Part shown: in pieces, positions 63,801-64,000 of the stretch
Numbering within the stretch: position 1 is the first letter of the stretch
How the letters are laid out: every line of letters begins with the position of its first letter
NCBI RefSeq assembly: GCF_009914755.1
Contig: NC_060937.1
Direction: 5' to 3' (one strand)
Source of the DNA: the human T2T-CHM13v2.0 reference genome, Homo sapiens
Length of the DNA stretch: 64,000 nt
Notes under the pieces: model-generated
What the model was told of the DNA's origin: nothing
The model's database searches: none
The model's input: the letters and a program-made list of their open reading frames with translations, nothing else
Translations under genes and position numbers: made by a program

Positions 63801-64000
63801 ATGGAATGGAGTGGATTGGAGTGCAGTGAAGTGGAGTGGAATGGAATGGAATGGAATAGTGAAATGAAATGTAAGGTGGGATTCTGCCACTGCACTCCAG
63901 ACTGGGTGACAGAGTGACATCCTGTCGAATGTGAGGAATGGAGCGGAATGGAGTGGAATGGAATGTAGTGGAGTGGAGTGGAATGGAACGGAGTGGAAAG

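Larger units (their letters stand above)
49481..63936 (+). repeat. Composite satellite: mostly type-B Alu 3'-end fragments (~40 copies, average spacing ~370 bp)
   Basis: By-eye consensus GGTGAAATGAAAT-GTGAGCTGAGATTGTGCCACTGCACTCCAGCCTGGGTGACAGAGTGAGATCCTGTC-GAAAGAAAGG at ~49481, 49818, 50290, 50657, 51146, 51339, 51536, 51758, (A-type 52022, 52830), 53442, 53695, 54122, 54448, 54913, 55400, 55859, 56038, 56239, 56441, (hybrid 56713), 56875, (hybrid 57162), 57354, 57730, 58061, 58323, 58725, 59096, 59548, 60270, 60626, 61004, 61397, 61774, 62205, 62815, 63081, 63497, 63858. Confidence 0.93.
1..64000 (+). repeat. Human Satellite 3-type (GGAAT/CATTC)n pericentromeric satellite array spanning the whole window
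   Basis: Continuous 5-bp periodicity (GGAAT plus variants GGAGT, GGATT, GCAAT, GTAAT, AGAAT, TGAAT) from the first base to the last. The + strand is strongly C-poor. (GGAAT)n is the defining unit of HSat3. Confidence 0.97.
49250..64000 (+). repeat. ~4.6-4.8 kb higher-order repeat, just over 3 copies
   Basis: The variant fragment GTAAG.TG.GATTCT.CCAC...AGAGTGACATCCTG.CGAAT recurs at ~49818, 54448, 59096, 63858. The variant ending ATGCTGT recurs at ~49481, 54122, 58725, 63497. The CCTTTTTTGA variant is at ~51146, 55859, 61004, and the AAGTTGACATG leader at ~53441 and ~58060. Confidence 0.9.

Noticed and set aside
287-63920. Hundreds of ORFs, including minus-strand ORFs over 1000 aa (e.g. 39494..43636, 52044..55991) of HSIPF/HSTPL repeats and plus-strand MEWNG repeats
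   Set aside because: Pure (CATTC)n, (CACTC)n and (GGAAT)n contain no stop codons in any frame. The ORFs overlap in all frames and are simple translations of the pentamer, with no domain, splice or promoter evidence.
41384-63936. CRISPR-like look of a conserved repeat with variable spacers
   Set aside because: The repeat is 64-79 bp and Alu-derived, the spacers are satellite of very uneven length, there are no cas genes, and the context is primate heterochromatin.
41384-63936. About 54 independent Alu insertions or active Alu elements
   Set aside because: Identical truncation points, shared flanks and shared derived mutations; no left arm, Pol III boxes, true poly(A) tails or individual target-site duplications.
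1-64000. Assignment to HSat2, alpha satellite or telomeric repeat
   Set aside because: The GAATCGAATG-type HSat2 motif is only sporadic, and there are no 171-bp monomers, CENP-B boxes or TTAGGG arrays.

Overview
The window is entirely primate (human-type) pericentromeric satellite DNA of the Human Satellite 3 (GGAAT/CATTC)n family. It has no credible protein-coding or RNA gene, and the purine-rich strand stays on + throughout. Four domains are visible by eye. (1) ~1-2676 and ~7131-41383 are diverged mixed GGAAT/GGAGT pentamer satellite containing several cryptic 1.3-2.4 kb duplications. (2) ~2677-7130 is an island of cleaner canonical HSat3 with the ATCAACCCGAGT motif. (3) ~41384-49066 and (4) ~49481-64000 are a composite satellite in which one ~56-bp fragment of an Alu 3' end recurs about 54 times (hand count), always on + and with the same breakpoints, separated by variable-length satellite. 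The fragments form two sequence subfamilies with a sharp boundary near 49.1-49.5 kb. Their private mutations reveal a ~4.6-4.8 kb higher-order repeat in the last 15 kb. All ORFs in the track are artefacts of the pentamer repeat. Coordinates and counts were read by eye and are approximate. Alu-fragment/HSat3 composite repeats may already be annotated in complete human assemblies, so novelty must be checked.
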